A DNA stretch of 63,957 bases, filler included, from Octopus bimaculoides (GCF_001194135.2; 5 parts of 5 records of this genome joined end to end with filler, not necessarily neighbours in it), one strand, 5' to 3'. Numbered from the whole stretch's first letter, positions 1-13,469 are shown. The notes: a model not told the origin generated them from the sequence alone. Translations and numbers: made by a program.

Positions 1-3
1 CAG

Positions 4-52
<49 letters not shown>

Positions 53-602
53 TTCACAAGGTGTTATATATATTTACATATATTGAAACATATACATATG
101 TACGTATATGTTATTTATGGAGAGAGAGAGGGGGGGGAGACAGGTAGACAGATAGAGACAGAGATGGGTGTATTCTTATCACATGATACCTATATACTAC
201 ACTCTCTTTCGTGCCACCGTCTTAGAAATATTAACCAAGTCGCCTTCAAATTTCAGTTACCATCTTAGAAGGAAAAGATTGGTCCCGAATGGATGGCTTT
301 TGAACAATCAGGGCTGTACTGAGTTAACAACTAACACATAGTACATTTTTCTGTTGCGATCATTTATACATTTTCATTTTATTTTTATTTATTGTTCTTA
401 TTTTATTCTACGGTGTTTATACTCGCTGATGCAGCCCAGTGATTATACACACTTGTGAATATATATGAGCAGCAACAAAGGAGAATAATTTATATACCGG
501 AATGGGCATTTAGATCACAACCCAATTCTGTATGTCACATGATAACAATCAGTGTTTGTGAAATTTAATCTACCACGAAACGCCAGATTCAAATATCCAT
601 AA

Positions 603-633
<31 letters not shown>

Positions 634-670
634 CATACATTGACAGACATTGACAGACAGACATACAGAC

Positions 671-743
<73 letters not shown>

Positions 744-745
744 TA
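1..745. repeat. (GATA)n at 3-50 and compound (TACA)n/(GACA)n/(GATA)n at about 604-745
   Basis: Tandem tetranucleotide units read directly; they produce the spurious 603..794 ORF. Confidence 0.95.
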
Positions 746-904
746 ATATTAACATAAATCTATGAACATATGCTTTCGTATTCATACAGTCCAAGTGATG
801 AAAACGTCTCTGATGAGGCCTCGATAAGGGTCGAGTGTCTATTATATAGGTTTACATAAATTATATCATACCTTGATAGGAGGATGGACTGGGTTCTCTT
901 TGAT

Positions 905-1090
905 GCCTTGTAGCATTTCTTCCGGTTCTTTAAATTCTGAATTCAGAATTCAGTTACCGCTGAGGTCAACTTTGCGCTTCATTCCTCTGGAATCAATAAA
1001 TAAAGAACGAATGAAAAACTGGGATCAATTTGATAGACTAACCGCTATCCTACCCAAATTGCTGGCCCAGTGTCGAGGCTAGAAACAATT
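905..1090 (+). mobile_element. Degenerate tRNA-like SINE, group A
   Basis: gaggtcaactttgcgcttcattcc ... actgggatcaatttgatagact ... aaattgctggcccagtgtc aligns by eye to the better copies at 40157 and 57393. Confidence 0.7.
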
Positions 1091-3050
1091 ACCATGATTT
1101 AATATCATTCATTAACAACGTGAAATTCGAAGGCAAAATTAGAAAATTTAAGAGCTTTACATTTATCGGACTACAACCAAGGGAAACATTCAATAACCAA
1201 AACATTAATGAACGGAAATATTCAACTGAAGTTACTTTTACTGTCTCAGTGATAATCCTTAATGTCAACCTAAGTCACATACCGAATGCGTTGGGCGATG
1301 GAGATGGAACCTAAAACTATGTGATATGATATCTACATAACTGCCATGCCTGCTTCGCTTTTCTCTAAAATATTTTTTGATGTTTGTGACAGTGCATTAG
1401 TAAATATATCACTCATGTAACATATCTTTTTTGTCAGAGAAAACATACTATGTTAGAAGGTGGTGAAATATTTAAATGGAATAGTACTGCCAAGTTACAA
1501 AAAAAAATCCAAAATATAATCAAAGGTTCATGTCACATTTAGTTTATGAGTTACAGAGCTTATCATCTGATCAATTACAAGTTGAAATGTGTCCGCTAAC
1601 ATACGAAAATACAAAAGCAGGAACATCAACTGTACATGCATTCTTAGTGTGTTTGTTTGTGTGCGTTCACAGTATATCACCGATCTAATTTGTAAGGCAT
1701 GCAGTGCGGACATAACATTTTCACTTCTCTTTTAAAAAAGATATTTACAAAACATTTGGTGACAGGTGTCAGCAGGTGAGCTTAAACATCCAATTGCTAC
1801 AATCTACTGCAAAGATGAAAAAAAAATAGAATAAAATGAAATATATGATATAATAAAATAAATACACATTAACTCATTAAGCTTAATGAATAAAGTTTTT
1901 TTTTTTCCTTACTGCATTCTTTCACTGCATTACTAAGTACAGCACTTATCGTCTTGAGTATATGCAGTGTTTTGTTTTAGTTCTGTAGTTTCTTTGACAG
2001 TTGATTGGTGATCCAGCATGGTCACAACAAACAAGCTGAAACAGATAAAAGAGTATTCTATGTGATATATGTACAGAAACTAGAAAATTTTTTCTGTGTA
2101 TGTAGTGTATATTTGTTAATTCTTAGATTTTTAGTTATGCGTTTATTTATATTCATGATTTTTAATTATTCCCAAGGCACATATTATAGGGATTGTTTCT
2201 ATTTTCTAGCCCTACATTAAAGTTATCTCTATTTTCAGATCTTTGTATCAGAATAATTTTCCCATTTCCTTTACAGATGCATTATTTTCGATTGTGACTG
2301 ATAATTCAGCGCGTTTCACATCCAAAATTTAACACTGACACAAGCGACACAGACACATTCGCAGTTAAACATCTTCCCCACTTACTCATCCACTCCTCTT
2401 ACGGCAACCTTTTTCGAACAACTTCTCTCAAAGTTGGCACCATATACTTTGGTGAGGTCATCAGATGTCTACATACACTTATTGAAAAGCGTCTGAGGAA
2501 TTTGTATGGAAACTCGAAGATCAGAATTTAAAGTCGTTCCCCACAAAAATATAAGTGACCTCTTCCACTTTTCTTCTGCCCAACGTGTCAGTACTTAGAG
2601 TTGGTTGCATAAAATACACGAGGCTAAATGTGCTCTGGAAATAATGGCACTTGCTGAATGGGCTTAAGTCAATGAATATATTAGTGGATTCCATAAGTTA
2701 CACCATAATATCCGAATCACACGTTCTTCAGAACCTTCTTGTTAACTCAGGTAGCAGTATTGTCAGCTTACGGACGATCTTCCTTGATTTAGCCCTGAAC
2801 ATGAACAGCAGTGGAGGTGATGCCTTCGGACAAGAAATCGTTTATGTCCCAACAAAGGTTGAATGGTAGGATTTCTTCAGATATATAAAAGCGTTCTTAG
2901 GAAGGTCTCATTCATTGATGTGAATGGACGATTAGAATGACATATTAGACACACAGTGGGATTCTTGCGAGAGTAAGAGATAAATGATTACCTGCAAAAG
3001 ACAGACTCACAGACCTGCTTAGAGAGTTTCAAATTGTCTGATTCGGAAAA

Positions 3051-3810
3051 TTCAGTCAGTTTTCTGAATCAGACAATTTCCCAAATTGTCTGCTTCAAGA
3101 TTTTCCTGAACATGTCAGTGTGGACTTGGAGAAGAAGCATCAGAACATGTAGCTGTACCAGAGTTGAGTATTTGACAGATAAGTTGAGAGAGATAGTGTA
3201 GGATGTTCATAATTTCCTTTGGTTGGTTACGTAGACCCCAATTTGACAATAACAACTGAGTTATGCTTAGCAGTAAGTTGTTTTGTGAGGGGAAGATCGT
3301 TGTTTTGAAGGCCTGCTGTTATTTATATAGATACATTTCAGATTAGTTGTCATCTGTTGTAAATGGCAAGAGGCTACCAGCATTTTCAACCGGGGAGATG
3401 TGACGCTGGCGAGGAAGTACGAGAACAAGGCGAGCATCATCGATAATTTCTTGTCCTTAACATTACTGAATAAAAAGTTTAAGATTTGGACCAAGATGTA
3501 TGTAGAGTAGTCAGGAGCATACAAAACTGCATGATCCCAGCTAGAACATTCCACAACAATCTCCATCTCATACGAGACATTGTAGAGAGAACGGATAATA
3601 AACATAGATCTCTGATTAAATTAGATCGATTGAAATAATTCGTTAGCAGATGTCAACCAAAGTTACTTGGAAGCTGTCTTCAGTGCAACCCGCTCCGGCT
3701 CTACTTTCAAAGGCTGCATCACTTCAATACACAGTCAGTGACTTCATGCATATGTCAGAAATCATTGTCATGAATAATTGAATCAATTCTTTGTCTGAGT
3801 ATTAAAGAGT
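3051..3810 (+). mobile_element. L1/Tx1-type non-LTR retrotransposon ORF2 (RT) relic with stops and frameshifts
   Basis: Manual + strand translation gives FPKLSAS, WQEATSIFNRGDVTLARKYENKASIIDNFLSLTLLNKKFKI, CMIPARTFHNNLHLIRDIVE (about 3552-3587) and VNQSYLEAV, matching L1/Tx1 RT N-terminal blocks. Confidence 0.8.
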
Positions 3811-4143
3811 GGAAGAGGAATCTATTTATTCGCACAGGCTGCTCCAAAATGATTTAATCTAACTGGTGAAACCTAACGGAGAACTTCAAGCATCTCACTT
3901 GCGTTAGTATACTGCAATCGATATGCTTGCAATACGAAATTGCAGACGTAAAAGAGATCGTGCAATTCCGGTTAATTTAATACGGGATCTGTAGCTTAGA
4001 GCAACCAAGTGGAAAATAGATTAAGAATACAAAATGGTGGTTCACTAAAACTTATATAAAATTTATTCTTATACTTTATAGTAAGTTACGTAATATTATG
4101 GCTTTATTATATTTTTAGCTTTTTTTTATATTTCCTTATGTAA

Positions 4144-4362
4144 GTGTGAGGGATGGCACAATCAGTAGACCGTCTGACAAGATGCCTTGCGGTATTTAGT
4201 TATGTCACATTATACTCTTAATTTAAATTCTGTTGAGGTTGAATTTGAATTTCATCCTTTAAGGTCGATAAAATAAAGTTTCGGTCAAGTACTCGAGGCA
4301 ATTAAATTGACAAACCGTTCCTAAATTCTATGTGCTCTTGAATCAATTTTAGAAATTATTAT
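4144..4362 (+). mobile_element. Degenerate SINE, group A
   Basis: Head atggcacaatcagtag, aaattctgttgaggttgaatttgaatttcatcctttaaggtcgataaaa, tail ttttagaaattattat. Confidence 0.7.
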
Positions 4363-4514
4363 ACTGTATAGCATACACTCCAATTGCTAGATATGGTTAG
4401 TGTGAGAGTCAAATCACTAATTCGATTGTTGAATAATAATGCATAACTATAGCCGAAAAGATTTATCATATACATACCTACAACAAATAGAACTGGTCTG
4501 TTATAGAAGCAATA

Positions 4515-4770
4515 AGACGCAAGGTACATAGCTTAGTGATTTGGATATTCGACTCACAATCCTGAGTTCAATTCCTGGCGGTGCGTTGTGTCCTTCAGCA
4601 AGACACTTTATTTTGTGTTGCTCCAATCAACTCACCTGGCAAAAATGAGTTGCACCCTTATTTCAAAGAGCCAACCTTGTCACATTCTGTGTCACGCTGA
4701 ATCTCCCTGGGAACAATGTTATGGGCACGCGTATCTGTGGAATGCACATCCACTTTTGTGTTATGCAGAA
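4515..4770 (+). mobile_element. tRNA-like SINE, group C (central GTGTCCTTGAGCAAGACACTT-type motif)
   Basis: A-box-like gcttagtg, B-box-like gagttcaattcc, then gcgttgtgtccttcagcaagacactttattt. Confidence 0.75.
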
Positions 4771-6445
4771 AAAGGAAAAGATAATTAGTCATTGATTAAT
4801 ATTCACACCACATATATATATTCGTACTTGCCTTTCAAATGTTAACAACTAACTTACTTATGTCTCTTGAATTATTTAATCTCCAAACAATACTATTTCC
4901 GCCTATAAATGTACAATCTTGTGCATTTATTCCATGTTTCGTTACTATGTCGCCAATCTCAGGGACGGTTACATTTCGTTGATGAAGTCAGAATGATACC
5001 GAAATAGCCCTTAAGAGTTAATTATCATACTTTAACAGGAAGATAAAAGTAATATTAATCATTCACTAATATCATGTTTTTCCACCGCATATTTATATCT
5101 AATTGTGTCATTAGTACTCTACACATTAGATATGTTAACTCTAATTTACTTCTAGTTGATTTTATTGCGAATCTATGTTGTTTTTCACTGGGACGTCTTA
5201 TCCTATGTCACACATAAATAATCATTAATCAATAACGAACAATAATGCTTTTATCCCGCTGAGAATATTTATCATTTCTTTGCACGTAAGTGAGGTGACA
5301 GAAACGGTAATCTACACAGACAAAATAGTTCCATCCTTCTCGATTCTGATTTCATATACTCTTCGAATCGATTTTGTTTTTCATTCCTCCAGAGATCGAT
5401 AAAGTAAGATATTAGTTATTTGCTGAGATCAATTTCAACTACTGTAAATTTCTCTTTAAAAATGTGTCTGGTTTTACACCAAAGTAAAATATCTTGTTTT
5501 TCTTCCTGTCGCCACCAACACGGCATGCTATAAGCTTTGACTAACGAATGTTTTTGGAAATGGAACTGCTAGCTGGTCTTCGCTTGGATACACTTTTTGA
5601 AAATAAAAGAATCTACTGTGAGGTTCGAGCGTTACAATGGGTCCTGATGGGGATGAACTTTGCTTTTTACTAATTTTCTCTCTCCCACCACAAATACATA
5701 CGCACGCATTCATTAATGGATGTACTCAAACACTTCACTCCTCCTATCCTACTTCTCTACTATTTTCTTAGTTGACAAATGTTTCTCGGATTATAAGTTA
5801 AAAAGCAAAACATTCTTGGACTCAAGGATCCATTTTCCTGGAAGTGTGTGTATATGTGCATGTGTTCGGGAGAGGGAAGGAGAGAGAGGGGGAGAGGGAG
5901 AAGCGTGACTGAAAGAAAGGAAGATAAATTTGATACTAAGTCGTATTTGAACTTTGAAACCCGATACTCCTGGCAAACTAAACCTAATGTAATTCGGTAC
6001 CTTAGTCGCCCACCTCTGCACCGATTAACCCCTCTCAGTAAGTTCTCTTATAAGGATTATTGATTTCGTTACTAAAGCAGTAATGCTTCTGATTAACTGG
6101 CAAGGCGGTGTGGGACGTAAAAAATATAGATTCTGTGACATTTATGTCTCCCTCTAATTGAGGACAGCTGTAGCAGCGTAAATGAAAATAAGCATTAATG
6201 ACCCGTAATAAGCAAAGACGAAATTAGTTTCCACTGATGATTGAAACTGTGTTATGGATTCTACATAGTACAACTACATCTTTTTCCACTCTGCAGCAGT
6301 CATCGCAATCAAAATGAATATACGAAGTATAGAAAGAAGTTCAAACTACTACAACCGCGATTTGAAAATGACTCTTGGTGTTCATGAACATTTAGCAAAA
6401 ACATGTTTTCAACAACATTACCTAAAAAGTATCCATAGCTTATGC

Positions 6446-6476
<31 letters not shown>

Positions 6477-6682
6477 TTTTTTTATGAGAGGAAACTGAAG
6501 TTTTCTTTATCAATCTAGAATTTAGGGTGTACTTCTGTGAGATTGGAGTAATATTGAATTGTCTCCTTTACAGAAAATGAAAGAAATATTAACCATTGAT
6601 AATGTTTACTTTCTTCTTTCTGCAAGAAACACAATATTTTGTATGCGCATACACACACATATATACTGTATATAACAATACC

Positions 6683-6782
6683 NNNNNNNNNNNNNNNNNN
6701 NNNNNNNNNNNNNNNNNNNNNNNNNNTTAATTAATTAANNNNNNNNNNNNNNNNNNNNNNNNNNNNNNNNNNNNNNNNNNNN
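6683..6782. other. Artificial scaffold-join spacer N44-TTAATTAATTAA-N44
   Basis: Exactly 44 N + 12 nt + 44 N; identical at 24574-24673, 39070-39169 and 62826-62925. Confidence 0.95.
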
Positions 6783-8428
6783 ATATATATATATATACAC
6801 CTACATTATAATAAATATATGTATGCATATGTTTGTGTGTGTATGTTATGTGTGCGTATCTATGTTTATATATAGAATGAGATAGAGGTATAGATATCTA
6901 GAAAGACAGAGTGTGACAGAGAAGAAGACATGAGATAGGAAGGAGAGAATAAAATCATAAAGAGAAACGTGCGGGGAAAATTGAATGTAAATGTAAATGC
7001 CGAGAGATACCGATATAGAAAAAGAAATAAAATAAAATAAAAAGATCTGATGAAGAGATGTGAAGAATGTATGTGGGGGTCGGGAACCACAGTGAAGTGC
7101 GGAGCAAAGGAAAAGTGAAATATAGATATACATACAGAAAAATGGTAAGAGGAAGGAACATATAAAGTTTGGGAGCGTGAGATTGAAAAAGGGTGATATT
7201 GAAATAGATGGGTAAATATATAGGAAGTTACATAGTAATGATAGAAACGTACTACACGTTGATGGAAAACCTGAGAAACGGAAAATATTTCATGATAGAG
7301 ACAGCTGCTTGATAAGAAGCATCATCCTCAGGCTAATGTATTTCTCTTTCATATTTTTTCTTTCCCTTCGTTTTTTGTTTATGTGTGCCATTATATATAT
7401 ATATATATATNNNNNNNNNNNNNNNNNNNNNNNNNNNNNNNNNNNNNNNNNNNNNNNNNNNNNNNNNNNNNNNNNNNNNNNNNNNNNNNNNNNNNNNNNN
7501 NNNNNNNNNNNNNNNNNNNNNNNNNNNNNNNNNNNNNNNNNNNNNNNNNNNNNNNNNNNNNNNNNNNNNNNNNNNNNNNNNNNNNNNNNNNNNNNNNNNN
7601 NNNNNNNNNNNNNNNNNNNNNNNNNNNNNNNNNNNNNNNNNNNNNNNNNNNNNNNNNNNNNNNNNNNNNNNNNNNNNNNNNNNNNNNNNNNNNNNNNNNN
7701 NNNNNNNNNNNNNNNNNNNNNNNNNNNNNNNNNNNNNNNNNNNNNNNNNNNNNNNNNNNNNNNNNNNNNNNNNNNNNNNNNNNNNNNNNNNNNNNNNNNN
7801 NNNNNNNNNNNNNNNNNNNNNNNNNNNNNNNNNNNNNNNNNNNNNNNNNNNNNNNNNNNNNNNNNNNNNNNNNNNNNNNNNNNNNNNNNNNNNNNNNNNN
7901 NNNNNNNNNNNNNNNNNNNNNNNNNNNNNNNNNNNNNNNNNNNNNNNNNNNNNNNNNNNNNNNNNNNNNNNNNNNNNNNNNNNNNNNNNNNNNNNNNNNN
8001 NNNNNNNNNNNNNNNNNNNNNNNNNNNNNNNNNNNNNNNNNNNNNNNNNNNNNNNNNNNNNNNNNNNNNNNNNNNNNNNNNNNNNNNNNNNNNNNNNNNN
8101 NNNNNNNNNNNNNNNNNNNNNNNNNNNNNNNNNNNNNNNNNNNNNNNNNNNNNNNNNNNNNNNNNNNNNNNNNNNNNNNNNNNNNNNNNNNNNNNNNNNN
8201 NNNNNNNNNNNNNNNNNNNNNNNNNNNNNNNNNNNNNNNNNNNNNNNNNNNNNNNNNNNNNNNNNNNNNNNNNNNNNNNNNNNNNNNNNNNNNNNNNNNN
8301 NNNNNNNNNNNNNNNNNNNNNNNNNNNNNNNNNNNNNNNNNNNNNNNNNNNNNNNNNNNNNNNNNNNNNNNNNNNNNNNNNNNNNNNNNNNNNNNNNNNN
8401 NNNNNNTATATATATATATATATATATA

Positions 8429-9135
8429 TGTTGTGTAATCCCATAAATAATGCGTTGTTTCTATACTTTTATCTTTCATAGTTAAGATAAAAAATTCTTT
8501 TTTAATATAAAATATACTCTCCTTCATTTTATACAATACTCTTCCATATATCTGGTAGACTTGCAATCGTACTCTTTCAAAATTCACTTTTCTGTGACGA
8601 AAAATACCCCGCCACTACCGTTCTGACCTCGTCTACAGAATTCATGTTTTTTCAGTCCAAATGATTTTGAAGACTGCGGAATAAATGATAATCAGATGGG
8701 GCAATGTCCAGCGAGGGATATGGTGGGTGGGTTATTGTTTCCCATTCAAATTGCTTCAGCCTTTGGGATGTCATCCTCGCTGTATGTGGCCGACCATAAT
8801 CCTGATGGACGAACACCTTCCGTCTTGAAACCAAAGATGGTCGTTTTCCTTCTCGCACTGAATTGAATAACCAAATCCAAACTCTTCTGCTGGTTCCTCT
8901 AGAGTTACGATGGGATTTTCTTCCACCAGATTTTGCAGGACGTCCGCGTCGAACTCTACAAATCTTTCAGGACGAGGCTCGTCTTCTAGGCTGTAGTTTC
9001 CCACTCGGAATTTCTGAAACTAGCGTTGACACTGGCTTACGCTTATTGTCTGATCCCAATATACTGCATTAATATTCCTTACACTTCCCGTTGCGTTGTT
9101 GCCTTTATTGAATTCCCAAAGTAAAATAGCCCAAA
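8429..9135 (-). mobile_element. Internally deleted mariner (DD34D-type) transposon
   Basis: Minus strand: LWEFNKGNNATGSVRNINAVY..FQKFRVGNYSLEDEPRPERFVEFD (HTH region) joined near 8865 to VFVHQDYGRPHTA..WETITHPPYPSLDIAPSDYHLFRSLQNHL and IASLPDIWKSIV*NEGEY. Putative TIR ttgtgtaatcccataaataatgcg at about 8431; no partner TIR found. Confidence 0.9.
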
Positions 9136-11965
9136 TAAATATATATGTGCTTCTGGTTAACACTGTCTTGTATATAAGGAAACATATTTTGATTAAAGAC
9201 GATCTGTCAAAAGCATAAGCACATAAATTAGACTAAACAGGAAGGTGATAATCTGATTTGGGACGCATTTAGAGACGTATTCAATAGGGGAGAGAAAGGG
9301 ATATGTCTTCTACGTGAATTTGTTAACAAATCATAACACTAGTTGTAAGTACATTCCCTTCCTCTTTCTTCCACTTAAGTATAATATAGAAACAATAAGA
9401 TTATCATATCGTAATCTTATTCAATGTACAGTGAGATTTTGAGACTCTTAAATTATTTAATTCTCATTTACGTTGTGTTTAGCAAAGTCACGTTGTTCAA
9501 TATGTCCATATGTATGTATGTATTTATGTATGTATGTATATATATATATATANNNNNNNNNNNNNNNNNNNNNNNNNNNNNNNNNNNNNNNNNNNNNNNN
9601 NNNNNNNNNNNNNNNNNNNNNNNNNNNNNNNNNNNNNNNNNNNNNNNNNNNNNNNNNNNNNNNNNNNNNNNNNNNNNNNNNNNNNNNNNNNNNNNNNNNN
9701 NNNNNNNNNNNNNNNNNNNNNNNNNNNNNNNNNNNNNNNNNNNNNNNNNNNNNNNNNNNNNNNNNNNNNNNNNNNNNNNNNNNNNNNNNNNNNNNNNNNN
9801 NNNNNNNNNNNNNNNNNNNNNNNNNNNNNNNNNNNNNNNNNNNNNNNNNNNNNNNNNNNNNNNNNNNNNNNNNNNNNNNNNNNNNNNNNNNNNNNNNNNN
9901 NNNNNNNNNNNNNNNNNNNNNNNNNNNNNNNNNNNNNNNNNNNNNNNNNNNNNNNNNNNNNNNNNNNNNNNNNNNNNNNNNNNNNNNNNNNNNNNNNNNN
10001 NNNNNNNNNNNNNNNNNNNNNNNNNNNNNNNNNNNNNNNNNNNNNNNNNNNNNNNNNNNNNNNNNNNNNNNNNNNNNNNNNNNNNNNNNNNNNNNNNNNN
10101 NNNNNNNNNNNNNNNNNNNNNNNNNNNNNNNNNNNNNNNNNNNNNNNNNNNNNNNNNNNNNNNNNNNNNNNNNNNNNNNNNNNNNNNNNNNNNNNNNNNN
10201 NNNNNNNNNNNNNNNNNNNNNNNNNNNNNNNNNNNNNNNNNNNNNNNNNNNNNNNNNNNNNNNNNNNNNNNNNNNNNNNNNNNNNNNNNNNNNNNNNNNN
10301 NNNNNNNNNNNNNNNNNNNNNATAGAGACAAAAACACAGAGGGAGAGTTTGAGAGGGAGAGAGGGGAACAGAATGAAAGGGAGAGAGGAACAGACGAAAA
10401 CCAGAAAGAGACGGGTGAAGTAGTTTATGGTTGTGAGAAAAATTACATGAGGAAAAAAGAACGTTACATAAAACGGCAGCAACATAAAATCGACATGAAA
10501 TAAAATTAGAAAACTAAAACAAATTCATACACCCTCACCTCACTCCACCCCCAAATAAAAGCATAAATAGCACAGGAGAAAAAAATTATGTCTGCAAAAA
10601 ATTTTAAAAATGAGGAAACAAAACAGTCAAGTGATACTGCCACCTCAGGTCAAACGCGATTACTATATAAACACTCATTTTTTCCTTATCTGGTTCTGTG
10701 TATGTGTGTATGTGTATATATGTCTATACTCTGTTTTACTCCGCCTCTCCTCGAGGCGTCACTATCCTACATTTATTGGCATCTCTGTCGTTTCAATGTT
10801 AATTGTATGCACAGTTTTGTATTTGTGTGTCGAACTGTTTTTTATTTGTTTTGTTAGAAGTCTGTGGTAAGTGGGCTAACATAAATTTATGTATAGACTG
10901 CACTGTTATAGCTTTTCTTTTTCTGTTTGTTGAAATCATTTTTACCATGTTGCTCGGTTTCTGTTTTTTTTTTCTCTTCTTCTCATTTAATGAGTAAATG
11001 CAGTTTTATTTCAATATTTTTGTGTGTAAGGGGAGAGAAGTTCAGGATGAACGTAGGCTTATCCGAGCCTTCAGTGCGGTGAGATCATAGAAACCCAAGG
11101 TGAACAACAAGCAATTTATGTATGCAATACGTATATCTTTGTATGCTTGAGCATGTTTTTGTGTTTTTAGACGTGAGTTTATGCATTCTTCCTTTGCTCT
11201 GGATGTTTTCTTTTCTTTTGTATTTTGGGCGGTTTAGGGATAAATTTTCGAAAAAAAAAATTTAATGAGTTAATAGAAGGGCATTCGTGGTTCTTTGGTT
11301 TTCGCATAAAAAATATAAGTATAAAGAAAATAACAAATGATTGCTATATGTCTGAATGTGCCAATGCATATTCGTGTATGTGTATGTGTTTGTATATATT
11401 TTACACACACACACGCGCACAGGCACACACATATATNNNNNNNNNNNNNNNNNNNNNNNNNNNNNNNNNNNNNNNNNNNNNNNNNNNNNNNNNNNNNNNN
11501 NNNNNNNNNNNNNNNNNNNNNNNNNNNNNNNNNNNNNNNNNNNNNNNNNNNNNNNNNNNNNNNNNNNNNNNNNNNNNNNNNNNNNNNNNNNNNNNNNNNN
11601 NNNNNNNNNNNNNNNNNNNNNNNNNNNNNNNNNNNNNNNNNNNNNNNNNNNNNNNNNNNNNNNNNNNNNNNNNNNNNNNNNNNNNNNNNNNNNNNNNNNN
11701 NNNNNNNNNNNNNNNNNNNNNNNNNNNNNNNNNNNNNNNNNNNNNNNNNNNNNNNNNNNNNNNNNNNNNNNNNNNNNNNNNNNNNNNNNNNNNNNNNNNN
11801 NNNNNNNNNNNNNNNNNNNNNNNNNNNNNNNNNNNNNNNNNNNNNNNNNNNNNNNNNNNNNNNNNNNNNNNNNNNNNNNNNNNNNNNNNNNNNNNNNCAT
11901 ACTAATATATACTTTTGTTATTTACACCACCTGTTCTCGTCTGTTGTTATTTTTTGTATATTCTC

Positions 11966-12004
<39 letters not shown>

Positions 12005-12617
12005 TGCATTATGTATGTATGAATATATATATACACCCACACACACACACACACACACGCACACACACACACATACACACACATACACACACATATATAT
12101 ACATATATACATAAATATATACATGAGACTGGCCTACAATAAATGTTAAAATTATAAATTCTAGACTTTCCGTTAGCGAGTACAAAGATGGTAGTATTTA
12201 TAAATGACAATCAGATGGCACAATATGGCACGATATGAGTGGTTGACTAATACAAATCTTTTTAGGATATTGTGGCCAGATGGTGTCGCTGTGGATACAT
12301 GACAAGACAATACTAGAGTTTTGGCCAGTATTTTATTTCTGTCGTATGCGGTCTCAGTTTAAAATCTCATTGAGAACGACTTTGCCATTCACCATTGCTG
12401 TATACATAGAATGCTTAACATTTGAGTGCCAGGGTCAATACTTGTAGACCTTGTCCCTATTTTAGAAAGAATTATTGGTATTAAGTTTTGAAATAATCGT
12501 TTGAATAGGAAATACTGATGTTTTCTTATGTTCCATATGGTCCGGAGTTGAAACCCTTCCGTACTTGATGAATATATATTATCCATCGTTTTTTTTTCAA
12601 GATCGCTCCCTAAATAC

Positions 12618-12807
12618 ATTGGTTTCGAATTTTGGCACGATGCCAGCATGTAGGGGGATGGGGTGGATGAAGTCAATTACATCAAATCCAGTGCTCAACT
12701 GGTACTTATTTTATGAACCCCGAAACGTTGGAAGGCAGCGTAAAAACGGATGAAATGCCGCTAAGGAACTTTGCCCGGCGTGCTAACTATTCTGTCAGGT
12801 CACCATC
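12618..12807 (-). mobile_element. SINE, group A
   Basis: Contains catcaaatccagtgctcaactggtacttattt and ccggcgtgctaactattctgtcag (reverse-complement head). Confidence 0.85.
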
Positions 12808-12823
12808 TTTATCGATTGCTAAC

Positions 12824-13030
12824 ATATTGATTTCAAATGTTAGCAAATTTTAGGGAGGGAGGAAATCAATTACATCGACCCCAGTACTCAACTTGTACTT
12901 CTTTTATTGACCCCGAAAAGATGAAAGACAAAGTCGAAGTCGGCTGAATTTGAACTCAAAACGCAACGACGGACGAAAGGCCGTTAAGTATTTTACCCGG
13001 GGAGCTAATGATTCTGCCAGCTCACCGCCT
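12824..13030 (-). mobile_element. SINE, group A, head-to-tail with the previous copy
   Basis: atcgaccccagtactcaacttgtactt ... gaaagacaaagtcgaagtcggctgaatttgaactc ... gattctgccagctcaccgcct. Confidence 0.9.
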
Positions 13031-13417
13031 GCGATGATCCCGAAAAGAATGAGCAGTGGTGTACCTTAGTTAGAAAATAGTATGGTTCCTCCAGTGAATA
13101 TTGAACTGATGCTGACGAGCATCACATAAACAACAGCGAAGAAGCAGGAAAAGATGATCGTTCTTCAATAAAGAAAAGGAAAAGGCGGAGGAGGAAGGGG
13201 AGGATGAGAAGTATCGTTATAGTAGGTTTACGATTTCTATTGAAGGCGGTTTGTCGTAGTGCTGGTGGGATTTGGATGTGACAATAGATACGTGAAAGTA
13301 ATTTTGACAACATCGATTGAAACATAAAAACAGGATTTACGCAACCTTTTGATCTATAGTTGTAGCTATCGGTATTAACAACATCGACACCAGCATCGCA
13401 AAGTCTACTAGTATCAC

Positions 13418-13419
<2 letters not shown>

Positions 13420-13469
<50 letters not shown>

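Noticed and set aside
2280-3030. Complex sequence upstream of the Tx1 fragment, with a CILC motif on the minus strand
   Set aside because: No consistent frame or recognisable domain in six-frame reading; left unassigned.
4975-5010. ttgatgaagtcagaatgataccgaaatagc, hammerhead-like spacing
   Set aside because: Core is mutated, stem II is out of register, and stems I and III are not buildable.
5980-6235. Repeat-free stretch with about nine TAAT/ATTA motifs (possible homeodomain enhancer)
   Set aside because: In DNA this AT-rich, roughly five to six such 4-mers are expected by chance in 230-250 nt; conservation data would be needed.
11050-11074. Minus-strand CTGA-AGGCT-CGGATA-AGCCT-ACGTT hairpin resembling a hammerhead
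   Set aside because: It would need two separate deletions in the catalytic core; too speculative.
7290-12210. Long ORFs of 200-400 aa in the track (also at 23124-24129, 32430-33221, 41158-41937 and 56660-57494)
   Set aside because: They are open only because they cross N runs flanked by (TA)n or (CA)n; no coding information.
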